Positions 40,445 through 50,482 of a stretch of DNA of 64,000 nucleotides are shown here, in pieces. Source of the stretch: Spirochaetia bacterium (GTDB taxonomy: Bacteria; Spirochaetota; Spirochaetia; SZUA-6; Bin103); the NCBI GenBank assembly GCA_965198005.1, contig CBDAOI010000001.1:224001-288000 (forward strand). The letters are read 5' to 3'. The number at the start of each line of letters is the position of its first letter. The first letter of the stretch is position 1. Under the pieces are notes generated by a model. It was not told the DNA's origin and did not search any database. It saw nothing but the letters and a program-made list of their open reading frames with translations. The position numbers and the translations under genes were made by a program.

Positions 40445-40524
40445 ACATGTTCGGGGATGCCGTCCGAGACCTGCTCGACCCCCGGCTCAGGGGCGGCGTC
40501 GGCAGCTACGGCGCCGCCCCTGAG
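40445..40524 (+). pseudogene. DppC tail remnant
   Basis: NMFGDAVRDLLDPRLRGG. Confidence 0.75.
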
Positions 40525-40622
40525 GCCGTTCGCGCGGTAGTAGGGAAGGCGATCTGCATGAAGTGGACCTTGACCAAGATCGCCCGATTGTCGACGCTCA
40601 TGGGCAGGGACGCCACGCTGGA

Positions 40623-42047
40623 ATGAGCGAAGACCTTCACTTCAGCACGATCGCCGGGATCGCCGAGCTCATCAGGTCGAAACGGCTGTCGCCGGTCGAG
40701 CTGACCAAGAGCGTGCTTGGCCGTGTCGACCGGCTCGATAGCCGGTTGCACAGCTACGCGACGGTAATGGAGGAGCCGGCGCTGGCAGCCGCAGAACGAG
40801 CCGAGGTGGAGATCGCTTCCGGCAGCTATCGCGGAGCGCTCCACGGGGTCCCGGTCGCAGTAAAGGACCTGTGCTTCACCAGGGGTGTGCGCACGATGGG
40901 CGGCGCGCAGGTGCTGGCCGATCACGTGCCGGTGTTCGATGCCACCGTGGTCACCCGGCTGAAAGCGTCCGGCGCGGTGCTGCTGGGCAAGCTCAACCTC
41001 ACCGAAGGCGCCATGGGCGGTTACCACCCGGAGTTCCCGATCCCCCGGAACCCCTGGGATTCCGGGCGGTGGGCGGGGGCATCCTCCAGCGGCTCCGGCG
41101 TGGCGACCGCGGCCGGGCTGTGCTTCGGCTCCCTCGGCAGCGATACGGGCGGCTCGATTCGCTTCCCAGCCGCGTGCAACGGGACGGTGGGTCTCAAGCC
41201 CACCTGGGGCCGAGTCAGCCGCTACGGTGTGCTGGCCCTGGCCGAATCGCTGGACCACGTCGGCCCCCTGACCCGAAGCAGCGCGGATGCCGGCATCATG
41301 CTGCAGGCGATCGCGGGACCGGACCCCAACGATCCCACCTCGCTGCCTGTTCCGATGCCGGATATACTCGAACGGCCCGACCGGAGTATCGAGCGTATCG
41401 AAGGTGTCCGCGTCGGTTTCGATGAGCGTTACGCGGTCCGGGACGTCGATCCGCAGGTTTCCGCGGCGGTGGTAGCCGCGGTCAAGGTTGTCGAGGGGCT
41501 CGGAGCCGAAATCGTCGAAGTGCGGCTCCCCGACGTCGATGAGGTCGATGAGTACGTCGCCGCGTGGACCGTGTTGTGCGCGGCCGAGGCGGTGGCCGCT
41601 CACCGCGCCACCTATCCGTCGCGTAAGGATGAGTATGGCCCCTGGTTCCGCGGCTGGCTGGATCTGGGGGCGCAGGTGAGCGGCGCCGAGTACGCCAGAG
41701 CGAACAACGCGCGGGCCGCCTGTACGGGGCATTTGCGAACGGCATTCGAGCAGATCGATGCCCTTGCCTGCCCCGCTATGCCGGAGCTCCCTTTCCCGGT
41801 CACACCGGAAGCGCAGTGGTCCTCGTCACCGGTCGTCGACCAGGCGGTCTTTCGGCTGCAGCGGTTCACGGTGCCGTTCGATTACAACGGCGCGCCGACG
41901 CTCAGCCTGCCGTGTGGTAGGAGCAGTGAGGGATTGCCCTTGTCTCTGCAACTGGCAGGGAAACCGCTCGGCGAACCGTTACTGTGCCAGCTTGGCGCTG
42001 CGTACGAAGCGGCCACCGTGTGGCACAACATGCATCCGGACATCTGA
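40623..42047 (+). CDS. Amidase-signature family amidase
   Basis: VAVKD, GASSSGS, GSDTGGSIRFPA (Ser-cisSer-Lys). Confidence 0.95.
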   Translation: MSEDLHFSTIAGIAELIRSKRLSPVELTKSVLGRVDRLDSRLHSYATVMEEPALAAAERAEVEIASGSYRGALHGVPVAVKDLCFTRGVRTMGGAQVLADHVPVFDATVVTRLKASGAVLLGKLNLTEGAMGGYHPEFPIPRNPWDSGRWAGASSSGSGVATAAGLCFGSLGSDTGGSIRFPAACNGTVGLKPTWGRVSRYGVLALAESLDHVGPLTRSSADAGIMLQAIAGPDPNDPTSLPVPMPDILERPDRSIERIEGVRVGFDERYAVRDVDPQVSAAVVAAVKVVEGLGAEIVEVRLPDVDEVDEYVAAWTVLCAAEAVAAHRATYPSRKDEYGPWFRGWLDLGAQVSGAEYARANNARAACTGHLRTAFEQIDALACPAMPELPFPVTPEAQWSSSPVVDQAVFRLQRFTVPFDYNGAPTLSLPCGRSSEGLPLSLQLAGKPLGEPLLCQLGAAYEAATVWHNMHPDI

Positions 42048-42137
42048 GCGCCATCGCCGACGCCTCGGTCGTCGTCGGTTGGTGCTGGATGATGCGGGTT
42101 GGTTGACGTGGCGGCAGCACGGCGGTAGCGTCTGACC

Positions 42138-42341
42138 ATGTTTGGAGCGCAGCTGTACAATGTCGGCACGTCGTGGGACGAGATCACGTCGGTACTGCGG
42201 GTGATGGAGGCGGGGACCTGGACCAGCGCCTACGTCTATGACCATTTCGTTCCGCCCCTGGGCGGCAGGGCCGTCGAGACTCGGCCGAATCTGGAGGGCT
42301 GGATGCTGCTGGGTGGCATGGCGGCGGTCACGACCAGTTGA
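42138..42341 (+). pseudogene. Second LLM-class oxidoreductase, N-terminal stub
   Basis: FGAQ..W..YVYDHFVPP..LEGW.LL..MAAVT. Confidence 0.75.
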
Positions 42342-42472
42342 AGAGTTCTGCTGCGCGGGGATCCCACAGCACCCCGCTGTGTATCAACGGCTGAACGAAG
42401 AGGTGCTACCCGCGTTCTCTCGCGGACTTCTCTAGAAATAACGTTTCTCCCGCCGCCTGATCTCCGGTCTCC

Positions 42473-42625
42473 CTATCGGCCTGATGGTAAAGGCCACCGC
42501 TCACCGGCCATAAACCCGCCGTCCACGTAAATCAGCTGACCCGTGACGTAGTCCGAAGCCTTCGACGCCAGGAAAACGGCCGTCCCGGCCAGATCTTCGG
42601 GAATCCCGAGTCGACCGTGGGAGGT
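42473..42625 (-). pseudogene. SDR oxidoreductase C-terminal stub
   Basis: [34 protein letters not shown]. Confidence 0.85.
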
Positions 42626-42907
42626 CTCGCCACTGGCGAAGCGTCTCATTTCGGGAACCAGTGCCGCATCCGCTGAACGGTTGCGGGAACCGACACGCAC
42701 GTAGGAGCCGGCACGGGTTCGAACGGATGCAAATGATACGTGGTGACACTACTCAGCACTGCCACCGGTTAGCGCCCCAAAACCGACGCCCGAGGGCATT
42801 ACGCTTGCGGATGCCGCGGCCGCCACAGCGTACTGCACGTGAATCGATCTCAGCGATGCGGCGGTGGAGGTGCGATCTGTGCGATACTCAGGCGGAGGGA
42901 TACGGTA

Positions 42908-43159
42908 GTGGCAACACGCAAGATCGCAATCGACATTCCCGAGAGTGTACTCCTGGCCGAGAAGACCGATGAGCGCCTGTTCGCCCGCGAACTGCGCATG
43001 CTGGCGGCGGTTAAGCTGTTTGAGCTCGGTCGCCTGTCGTCGGGCCGCGCTGCCGAACTGGCGGGAATGGTACGCGTAGAATTCCTGCTGGAGCTCGCTC
43101 GTTATCAGGTCTTTCCGCTCGAGGCCGAGTTGTCCGACCTGGAACGTGGGCATGGTTGA
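42908..43159 (+). CDS. UPF0175-family antitoxin
   Basis: AAVKLFELGRLSSGRAAELAGM.RVEFL. Confidence 0.9.
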   Translation: MATRKIAIDIPESVLLAEKTDERLFARELRMLAAVKLFELGRLSSGRAAELAGMVRVEFLLELARYQVFPLEAELSDLERGHG

Positions 43160-43645
43160 TATCATTGTCAGCAACACCTCGCCACTGCTGTACCTCCACC
43201 GTATCGCGGCTTTGGACTGGCTGCCCAAGCTAGGGCGAGGAAGTGTGGATTCCTCGGGCGGTGCAGAAGGAGCTGTCGGAAGGAATGCGGAGAGGCTATG
43301 ACGTTCCCGATCCACAGCGCTACGAATGGCTCACGGTGACTGACCCTCGCTCCATTCCATCTCAATGGCTGAATGTGGACCTGGGCGCGGGCGAGCTGGC
43401 TGTACTGGCTTTGGCGCTGGAGCACGCAGAATGTACCGTTCTCCTGGACGATGGACAGGCACGCCGTATCGCACAGGCTGCCAGGCTGAACGTCTGGGGG
43501 ACGTTGAGAGTTCTCATCGAGGCAAAGTCACATGGTTTGGTCGAACGAGTCGTTACCCATGTGGATCGATTGGAAGCCGCGGGAATGTGGATATCAACCG
43601 CGATCCGGCGTAGAGTACTCGCTCTGGCTGGCGAAAACGGACCTG
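43152..43645 (+). pseudogene. DUF3368 PIN-like toxin, frameshifted near 43230
   Basis: IVSNTSPLLYL, LGAGE, LLDD..AR..A, GTL.VL..AK. Confidence 0.85.
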
Positions 43646-43651
43646 AGGCTC

Positions 43652-43728
43652 CAAATCGTCATCATCTTCAGCATCACCATCGGCGCGGTCATCATCACCG
43701 AGGCTTCGCTGAGCTTTCTGGGCTTTGG
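43652..43728 (+). pseudogene. DppC micro-fragment
   Basis: IVIIFSITIGAVIITEASLSFLGFG. Confidence 0.75.
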
Positions 43729-43947
43729 GTCGGCGCACTCCTGCCGATTGAGGGCGGTACTTCGTGCTGCACGCGCCGCGCCGGTCTGAGGACGCGAGTA
43801 CCGCCGGCCGCGTCCATCGGCACGCCCCACAGGTGCTACGCCCATACTCCGGTTCACCGGTTCACCCGGTTCACACCGCGCTCGATCACCGCCGCGCCGA
43901 CCGGCAGGTGTTCCACCTCGGTCCTTCCGCAATAAGGAGCGCTCCCC

Positions 43948-44775
43948 ATGACCGAACACGTGCTCGAGCACTTTGACAACGGCATCTGTACTCTGACGTT
44001 GAACCGACCGGAAGCGCTCAATGCCATGAGCAATGACATGATGACAAGGCTTGAGGAAGCCATCCCCAGGGCTGCCGCCGACCCGAAGGTAAGAACAGTT
44101 GTGCTGACCGGCGCCGGCAGGGCTTTTTGCGCTGGCGGAGACGTAAAGGCCATGGCTGCTGAAGTCGGACCTGCTACTGTCGGTCGAAGTGGTGAACCGC
44201 CGAAGGCAGTTCCGACCCTGGAACAGCGGGTGCATGGCTTGCGTCAGAGAATGGAAATATGTCGATGGCTGCATGAAATGCCGAAACCCACCTTGGCCAT
44301 CATCCCGGGTGCTGCGGCAGGCGCCGGTCTGGCGTTGGCCTTGGCCTGTGACATGCGTTTCGCCCTGGATACCGCTAAGATCACCACTGCTTTCGCAAAA
44401 ATTGGTGGGTCGGGGGATTACGGCGGTTCCTACTTTCTTTCGCATCTTGTGGGTGCGGCAAAAGCGCGGGAATTGTACTTCTCATCGGAAATCATTACTG
44501 GCCAGGAAGCCTTCGAGATGGGGTTGGTTACCAGGGTTGCGAGTGCCGCTACCTTTGCGAAAGCTTCCCGTGCCTATGCTGAACATCTGGCAAGTCTGCC
44601 GACCATTGCCATCGGTTATATGAAGAAGAACCTGAATGCGGCGGCAAATGGTACCTTGAGTGATGTCTTTGATCTGGAAGCCATGCACATGATGCGCTGT
44701 TTCATGACGGAAGATCACAAACTGGCATCCCGGGCATTTGTGAACAAGGAAACGCCAGTGTTCAAAGGTCGTTGA
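43948..44775 (+). CDS. Enoyl-CoA hydratase/isomerase (crotonase) family
   Basis: TLNRPEALNA, FCAGGD, GAAAGAG..LALACD; lower GC than core. Confidence 0.93.
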   Translation: MTEHVLEHFDNGICTLTLNRPEALNAMSNDMMTRLEEAIPRAAADPKVRTVVLTGAGRAFCAGGDVKAMAAEVGPATVGRSGEPPKAVPTLEQRVHGLRQRMEICRWLHEMPKPTLAIIPGAAAGAGLALALACDMRFALDTAKITTAFAKIGGSGDYGGSYFLSHLVGAAKARELYFSSEIITGQEAFEMGLVTRVASAATFAKASRAYAEHLASLPTIAIGYMKKNLNAAANGTLSDVFDLEAMHMMRCFMTEDHKLASRAFVNKETPVFKGR

Positions 44776-44807
44776 TATTGAAGGAATCGATCGACGTGGC
44801 TGTGCTT

Positions 44808-45112
44808 CGGCCGAATCGCTGGACCACGTCGGCCCCCTGACCCGAAGCAGCGCGGATGCCGGCATCATGCTGCAGGCGATCGCGGGACCGGACCCCAACG
44901 ATCCCACCTCGCTGCCTGCTCCGGTGCCGGACATGCTCGAACGGCCTGATCGGAGTATCGAGCGTATCGAAGGTGTCCGCATCGGCTTCGATGAGCGTTA
45001 CGCGGTTCGGGACGTCGATCCGCCGCGTGGACCGTGTTGTGCACGGCCGAGGCCGTAGCCGCCCACCGGGCTACCTACCCGTCGCGCAGGGACGCGTATG
45101 GCCCCTGGTCCC
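44808..45112 (+). pseudogene. Decayed partial duplicate of the amidase
   Basis: Near-identical to about 41240-41650 with an internal deletion. Confidence 0.88.
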
Positions 45113-45236
45113 GCGGCCTGAAATCCCGGTGGTCGTGACTCGCCGACTCCGCCGTCGACTCAGCCCGCAGTGGGCGGACGGGGCGGACTCTTCACGATGG
45201 ACAGCGGGCGCCGCCGGGGTGTAGAATGGACACACC

Positions 45237-46607
45237 ATGAATCGTGCCATGAATAGGCTGACAAAAGGTCGCAAGGGTCGCGTGCGGACGCTGGTCGTGC
45301 TGCTCGGCGTGCTGGTGGGGGTACCGGCGTTCGCGCAGGACGCGTCGGTGGCGAATCAGATCGCGAGCATCGTTACCGGGGTCGACACGCTCTGGGTGCT
45401 GCTGGCCGCGTTTCTCGTGTTCCTGATGCAGGCGGGGTTCGGCATGCTGGAGGCGGGCCTGATCCGGGCCAAGAACACCGCCAACATCCTGATGAAGAAC
45501 CTGATGGACTTCTGCATGGCGTCGCTGGGGTTCTTCATCTTCGGCTACGCCATCATGTTCGGCTCCGGCAACGCCCTGTTCGGCGGCTCCGGTTGGATGC
45601 TGATCGGCGCCGAGTCGGCCGCCGACGTGCCGCTGTTCGCGTTCTGGCTGTTTCAGGCGGTGTTCGTGGGCGCCGCCGCCACCATCGTCGCCGGCGGCAT
45701 GGCGGAGCGGATGAGGTTCCCCGCCTACGTGATCTACTCGTTCCTGATCTCGGCGTTCGTCTACCCGGTGGTCGGGCACTGGATCTGGGGCGGCGGCTGG
45801 CTGGCGGGGATGGGCTTCACCGACTTCGCCGGCTCCACCGTGGTGCACGCGGTGGGCGGCTGGGCGGCGTTCATCGGCACCCGCGCCCTGGGGCCGCGCA
45901 TCGGCAAGTACGGCCCCGACGGCAAGCCCAACCTCCTGGTCGGGCACTCGCTGCCGCTGGCCTCGCTCGGCATGTTCCTGCTCTGGTTCGGCTGGTTCGG
46001 GTTCAACCCGGGATCGACCCTGGGCGTGGGCGACGGCTCGCTGATCGCGCGCGTGGCGATCAACACCAATCTGGCGGCCGCGTCCGGGGCGATTGCGGCC
46101 ACCGCGACGGTATGGAAGGTAGCCGGCAAGCCCGATCTCACCATGGGCATGAACGGCGCCCTGGCGGGGCTGGTGGCGATCACCGCTCCCTGCGCGTTCG
46201 TGGAACCGGGACACGCGATCCTGATCGGCCTGGTGGGCGGCGTGATCGTGGTGTTCGGCGTGCTGTTCCTCGACCGGCACAACACCGACGACCCGGTCGG
46301 CGCCATCGCCGTGCACGGCATGAACGGCATCTGGGGTACGCTGGCGGTCGGAATCTGGGGCCAGGCGGCGCTGGGCGTCCCGCACGACGGGCTCTGGTTC
46401 GGCGGCGGCTTCGCGCAACTGGGCATCCAGGCGCTCGGCACCGTGACGGTGAGCGTGTTCATCATCGTGGTGATGGGGCTGTTCTTCAAGCTGATCGACT
46501 TGGTGGTCGGCCTGCGCGTGCCGCGCGAGGAGGAGTTGAAGGGGCTCGACTTGGCCGAGCACGGCGCCGACGCCTACGGCGGGTTCCAGGTGTTCACGAC
46601 CGAGTAG
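45237..46607 (+). CDS. amtB: Ammonium transporter
   Basis: DFAGSTVVH, WFGWFGFN, DDPVGAIAVHG. Confidence 0.97.
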   Translation: MNRAMNRLTKGRKGRVRTLVVLLGVLVGVPAFAQDASVANQIASIVTGVDTLWVLLAAFLVFLMQAGFGMLEAGLIRAKNTANILMKNLMDFCMASLGFFIFGYAIMFGSGNALFGGSGWMLIGAESAADVPLFAFWLFQAVFVGAAATIVAGGMAERMRFPAYVIYSFLISAFVYPVVGHWIWGGGWLAGMGFTDFAGSTVVHAVGGWAAFIGTRALGPRIGKYGPDGKPNLLVGHSLPLASLGMFLLWFGWFGFNPGSTLGVGDGSLIARVAINTNLAAASGAIAATATVWKVAGKPDLTMGMNGALAGLVAITAPCAFVEPGHAILIGLVGGVIVVFGVLFLDRHNTDDPVGAIAVHGMNGIWGTLAVGIWGQAALGVPHDGLWFGGGFAQLGIQALGTVTVSVFIIVVMGLFFKLIDLVVGLRVPREEELKGLDLAEHGADAYGGFQVFTTE

Positions 46608-46704
46608 GGACACGTACCGCGGAGCCCGTACCGCGGAGCTCACCGTGGAGACCGTTCGGCGCGCTGAAGCCGGGCCGGTCGGGCGGCGTCAGCGGTCCGG
46701 CGGA

Positions 46705-47358
46705 TCAGCGGTTCAGGTCGACGTTCTTGCCGGTGGTGACGAAGATCACCGCCTCGCAGATGTTGGTGGTGTGATCGCCGGCCCGTTCGAGTTGCTTGGC
46801 CACGAACAGCAGCGAGGTGGCCTGGGTGATGTTCTTCGGGTTCTCCATCATGTAGGTCAGCAGCTCGCGGAACAGTTGCGCGTAGGTCTCGTCCACCTTG
46901 TTGTCGCGCAGCGCCACCGCCTCCGCCAGCGCGCCGTCCTGGGTGACGAAGCTGTGCACCGAGTCGCGCAGCATGGCGCAGGTGTCCTCCGCCATCAGCG
47001 GAATCGTGATCAGGTGCTTGATCAGCGACTCCGACGCCAGCCGCTGGGCGACCTGGGCCACGTGCACTGCCAGGTCGCCGACGCGTTCCAGTTGGCGGCT
47101 GGCGTCCAGCGCCCCCACGATCTGGCGCAGGTCGGTCGCCACCGGCTGCTCGGTGGCCAGCAGGCGCAGGCACGCGTTGTCGATGTCGTGGTGCATGCCG
47201 TTGACCGCCTTCTCATCTTCGAGCACCTGGTCGGCGCGGTCGACGTCGTGCTGCTGCAGCGCCTGCACCGAGCTGCGGATCGACTGCTCCACCTGCTGCC
47301 CCATCGCGGTCAGCGAGGCCATGAGCTGTCCGATGGCGCGGTCGAATTCGCTGCGCAT
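46705..47358 (-). CDS. phoU: Phosphate signalling complex protein
   Basis: QPVATDLR, LERVGD, LERAGDH..NICE. Confidence 0.95.
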   Translation of the reverse strand: MRSEFDRAIGQLMASLTAMGQQVEQSIRSSVQALQQHDVDRADQVLEDEKAVNGMHHDIDNACLRLLATEQPVATDLRQIVGALDASRQLERVGDLAVHVAQVAQRLASESLIKHLITIPLMAEDTCAMLRDSVHSFVTQDGALAEAVALRDNKVDETYAQLFRELLTYMMENPKNITQATSLLFVAKQLERAGDHTTNICEAVIFVTTGKNVDLNR

Positions 47359-48176
47359 CAGCCGAACCTGCCCGAGATGTAGTCTTCGGTCCGCTTTTCG
47401 TCGGGCGTGGTGAACACCTTGCCGGTCGGACCGTACTCGACCAGGTACCCGGCGCGCCCCTCGTCCACCATCAAGAACGCGGTGAAGTCGGACACCCGCG
47501 CCGCCTGCTGCATGTTGTGGGTAACGATGATGATGGTGTACCGGGCCGCCAGCTCCTTCATCAGGTCCTCGATGCGCAGCGTCGCGATCGGATCCAACGC
47601 CGAGCACGGCTCGTCCATCAGGATGATCTCCGGCTCCACCGCGATCGCGCGCGCGATGCACAACCGCTGCTGCTGGCCGCCGGACAGGCTCAGCCCGCTG
47701 TCGGCCAGCTTGTCCTTCACCTCGTCCCAGAGCGCCGCCCGGCGCAACGACTTCTCGACCAGCTCCTCCAGGTTGCCGGCAAAGCCGTTGACCCGGGCGC
47801 CCCACGCGATGTTGTCGTAGATCGACTTTGGGAACGGGTTTGGCTTCTGGAACACCATCCCGATCCGGCGCCGCACCTCGACCGGGTCGACGTCGGCGTC
47901 GTAGATGTTGCGCCCCTGGAAGTGGACCCTGCCCTCGGTGCGGGCGGCCGGCACCAGCTCGTTCATCCGGTTCAGCGCGCGCAGCACCGTGGTCTTGCCG
48001 CAGCCGGACGGGCCGATCAGCGCGGTGATCCGGCGGGTTCCGAAGCTCATGCTGACGTCGTTCACCGCCTTGAACGCGCCGTAGTAGACGTGCAGGTTCT
48101 CCATCGACATGGCGGCGGACTCGGCCGACGGCAACGGCAGGTCGACCGGATGCGAGGTTACCTGGGCGGCAAGCAC
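47358..48176 (-). CDS. pstB: Phosphate ABC ATPase
   Basis: [37 protein letters not shown]; start approximate. Confidence 0.95.
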   Translation of the reverse strand: MLAAQVTSHPVDLPLPSAESAAMSMENLHVYYGAFKAVNDVSMSFGTRRITALIGPSGCGKTTVLRALNRMNELVPAARTEGRVHFQGRNIYDADVDPVEVRRRIGMVFQKPNPFPKSIYDNIAWGARVNGFAGNLEELVEKSLRRAALWDEVKDKLADSGLSLSGGQQQRLCIARAIAVEPEIILMDEPCSALDPIATLRIEDLMKELAARYTIIIVTHNMQQAARVSDFTAFLMVDEGRAGYLVEYGPTGKVFTTPDEKRTEDYISGRFG

Positions 48177-48181
48177 GTGGG

Positions 48182-49417
48182 CTAGGCCCTCTGTTTTCCC
48201 GCGTAGTAGTTGCGCAGCAGGATCGCGCTGGCGTTGAGCGTGAGCAGCAGCACCAGCAGCACCAGAATCGCGGCCGCCGCCGCGTTGCGGAACTCGGCCT
48301 GGGGCCGGGCGGCCCACTGGTAGATCTGGATTGGCAGCGTGGTGAACTTGGAGAACGGGCCGGTCGGATCCAGCGTGACCAGGGTCGAGGCCCCGACCAC
48401 CACCATCGGCGCCGTCTCGCCGATGGCGCGCGACACGGCCAGGATGGTGCCGGTCAGGATCCGGTCCATCGAGCTGGGCAGCACGTGATCCCGAATCGTC
48501 TGCCACTTGGTGGCCCCGAGCCCGTAGCTGGACTGGCGCAGACTGTCCGGCACCGCCTTGATCGCCTCCTGGGCGTTGATGATGATCACCGGCAGGATCA
48601 GCAGGCCGAGCGTGAGCCCGGCGGAGAGGATGGTCCGGCCGTTGGCGCTGGCGTCGCTCGCGAGCCCGAACACCGCGCCGCTGGTGACCCGTTCCAGGGC
48701 GCGCACGAACACCGTCAACCCCAGCATCCCGTAGATGATCGACGGCACGCCGGCGAGATTGTTGATGTTGGTCTGAATCATGCGGTTCAGACGAGTGTCG
48801 CGCGCGTACTCTTCCAGATAGATCGCCGCCCCCACCCCGATCGGGAACGCGAACAGCAGGGTGATCAGGATGGTCCACAGCGAGCCCTTGATCGCGGCCC
48901 GCACGCCGGCGTCCTCCGGCAGGCTCGACTGCGGGCGGCTGATGAACGGACCGGACACCCAGGAGCGGAACACCAGGGTCGAGCCGGGCAGCTCGCGCCG
49001 GGCGAACTCGACGATCTCGGCGCGCCGAAACAGCGAATCGGCCAGTGACCACGCGCGCGCCACCGACGGATCCACCACCCGCTCGACCACCAGCTCGTAG
49101 ACCTGCTCGCGGCTGCGGTCGGCCATCGGCTGCTCATGCTCGAAGCGCCGCATCAGGCCGCGCGAGACGTGCGCGCGCAGCACCTCGGCCAGCATCTGCC
49201 GGTCCATCTGCTCCAGCGGCACGCCGGCGCGGGCCAGATCGCGCGGCTCGATCTGATTCTTGATCGCGACCAGCCCGAAGCTCTGATTGGCGATGGTCAG
49301 CAGCAGGGCGGTGAGCATCACGATGGCGATCGCGGTCGCCACGTGGAACGTCAGCCGCCAGATCAGGCTGGTGCGATGGCGCTGCGACAGATTGGAGGCG
49401 TACGCGGAACTGCTCAT
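48182..49417 (-). CDS. pstA: Phosphate ABC permease
   Basis: [19 protein letters not shown]. Confidence 0.95.
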   Translation of the reverse strand: MSSSAYASNLSQRHRTSLIWRLTFHVATAIAIVMLTALLLTIANQSFGLVAIKNQIEPRDLARAGVPLEQMDRQMLAEVLRAHVSRGLMRRFEHEQPMADRSREQVYELVVERVVDPSVARAWSLADSLFRRAEIVEFARRELPGSTLVFRSWVSGPFISRPQSSLPEDAGVRAAIKGSLWTILITLLFAFPIGVGAAIYLEEYARDTRLNRMIQTNINNLAGVPSIIYGMLGLTVFVRALERVTSGAVFGLASDASANGRTILSAGLTLGLLILPVIIINAQEAIKAVPDSLRQSSYGLGATKWQTIRDHVLPSSMDRILTGTILAVSRAIGETAPMVVVGASTLVTLDPTGPFSKFTTLPIQIYQWAARPQAEFRNAAAAAILVLLVLLLTLNASAILLRNYYAGKQRA

Positions 49418-50379
49418 TCGTACACCTCGCGGAACCGGCGCACGATCCGGCGGCTCAGCATGTTGAGCGCCAGCGTGATCAGGAACAGCACCAAGCCGAT
49501 GGAGAAGATGCTCTCGTAGTCGATTGACTGGTAGCTCAGGTCGCCGCCGCTGATCCGTACGATGTGCCCGGTCATGGTCTCGGCGGCGCGCAACGGGTTG
49601 AAGGTGAAGGCGGGGCCGGCGCCGGCGGCCAGCGCCACGATCATGGTTTCGCCCACCGCGCGCGACAGCCCGACGATGAACGACGCGGCGATGCCGGAGA
49701 ACGCCGCCGGCACCACCACCTTGACCGCCGTCTCCAGCCGCGTGGCGCCCAGCCCCAGCGCCGCTTCGCGCAGCGAGTCCGGCACCGCCGACAGCGCGTC
49801 TTCGGTCATCGACGAGATCAGCGGCAGAATCAGGATGCCGATGACGATCCCGGCCGAGGCGGTGTTGTAGATCTGGACCACGTTGTCGCCCAGCACGCCG
49901 CGCAGCAGCGGGGTCATGAAGGTCAGCGCGAAGTAGCCGTAGACCACGGTGGGGATGCCGGCCAGCACCTCGAGAATCGGCTTGAGGATGGCCCGCGTGC
50001 GGCTGCCGGCGTACTCGCTGAGGTAGATCGCGACGCTGAGGCCGATCGGGACCGCCACGCACCCCGCGATCAGGCTGGTGAGCACGGTCGCGTTCACCAG
50101 CGGCAGAATGCCGAACTTGCCGATCGCCGGCTGCCACTCGGTGGTGGTCAGAAACATCCACAGGTTGACCTCGTCGTTGCGAAAGAACCGGATCGACTCG
50201 CGCCCCAGCACCAGCACGATCCCGATCGTGACGAAGATCGACACGATGCCGCAGAACACCAGCAGCAACTGGATGATCATCTCACCGGGGCGGCGCCGGT
50301 GGGTCAGCGGACCGCGGCGCGCGTGCGTACCGCTCACCACGGTGGCGCGCGCCGGCTCGATACGTTCCGTGCTCGACAT
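49414..50379 (-). CDS. pstC: Phosphate ABC permease
   Basis: LAGIPTVVYG, SRAVGETM. Confidence 0.95.
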   Translation of the reverse strand: MSSTERIEPARATVVSGTHARRGPLTHRRRPGEMIIQLLLVFCGIVSIFVTIGIVLVLGRESIRFFRNDEVNLWMFLTTTEWQPAIGKFGILPLVNATVLTSLIAGCVAVPIGLSVAIYLSEYAGSRTRAILKPILEVLAGIPTVVYGYFALTFMTPLLRGVLGDNVVQIYNTASAGIVIGILILPLISSMTEDALSAVPDSLREAALGLGATRLETAVKVVVPAAFSGIAASFIVGLSRAVGETMIVALAAGAGPAFTFNPLRAAETMTGHIVRISGGDLSYQSIDYESIFSIGLVLFLITLALNMLSRRIVRRFREVYE

Positions 50380-50482
50380 GCCGCCCTTACCGTGCCGGCC
50401 ATTTATTAGGATTGTGTGAGCGAATGGTTGGTTTTTGCCATGCGCGGCCCCGGCGGTTTGACCGGACCGGACGCACCCGGGT

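Noticed and set aside
1-45112. Classical integron or prophage
   Set aside because: No tyrosine or serine integrase, no recognisable attC sites, no phage structural genes
45171-45190. att-site copy of the tRNA-Val 3' end at the edge of the plastic zone
   Set aside because: Only two separate 7-nt matches (TGGGCGG, CGGACTC); expected by chance at this GC
50400-50440. Pho box upstream of pstC
   Set aside because: AT-rich with only a weak 11-nt periodicity; too degenerate to call
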